From the NCBI GenBank assembly GCA_963754215.1, contig CAVWER010000003.1:285566-349565 (forward strand): a DNA stretch of 64,000 nucleotides, written 5' to 3'. The notes under the pieces are model-generated. The model was not told the origin of the DNA and did not search any database. It worked only from the letters and a program-made list of their open reading frames with translations. Both the position numbers and the translations under genes were made by a program. This DNA comes from an uncultured Alphaproteobacteria bacterium (lineage in GTDB: Bacteria; Pseudomonadota; Alphaproteobacteria; Sphingomonadales; Sphingomonadaceae). Below, in pieces: positions 63,907-64,000 of this stretch (position 1 is the stretch's first letter; each line of letters opens with the position of its first letter).

Positions 63907-64000
63907 CTAGCCGACCGAGAGGTCGCGCTGCTGGTTGACCAGCCGCCATTCATCGAGGTCGCCCAGCATGGTCCGTGCCGCTTGCTCGGTGAGGTCGGCG
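63907..64000 (-). CDS. 3' end of an unidentified gene running off the window
   Basis: Open frame ...TEQAARTMLGDLDEWRLVNQQRDLSVG-stop converging on the previous gene. Confidence 0.35.
   Translation of the reverse strand, partial: ADLTEQAARTMLGDLDEWRLVNQQRDLSVG

Overview
High-GC alphaproteobacterial chromosome segment, most consistent with Sphingomonadaceae (inferred from gene content and order). Mostly core genes: coaE-dnaQ-hpf-ptsN, PBP1A, tRNA-Leu(GAG), zitP-ftsEX, pheST, rpmI-rplT, prs, nadE-gltX, ribD-ribE-ribB-ribH, ssb, bamE, kynA, dnaN-recF-gyrB, rnd-lptCAB-rpoN, rpmG and divK. Many genes, including normally essential ones, carry single-base indels that look like long-read consensus errors, so several CDS limits are approximate reconstructions. 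No integrase, transposase, prophage or CRISPR array was seen. Best candidates for undescribed biology: (1) a RibB carrying an N-terminal Cro/XRE-like HTH and a degenerate GTP cyclohydrolase II domain, 11 bp downstream of a perfect 20-bp palindrome, suggesting an autoregulating riboflavin enzyme-repressor; (2) a palindromic repeat inserted in frame in gyrB, plus CGTC-type REP hairpins; (3) a multi-stem 5' leader before a cell-wall hydrolase; (4) a DUF4402 chaperone-usher-like pilus locus with CtrA-like boxes; (5) an SPFH/Arc-like/membrane-protein operon with an operator palindrome; (6) a secreted G/Q/R- and Tyr-rich repeat protein behind an EcfG-type promoter. All family calls come from motif recognition by eye; no database search was run.
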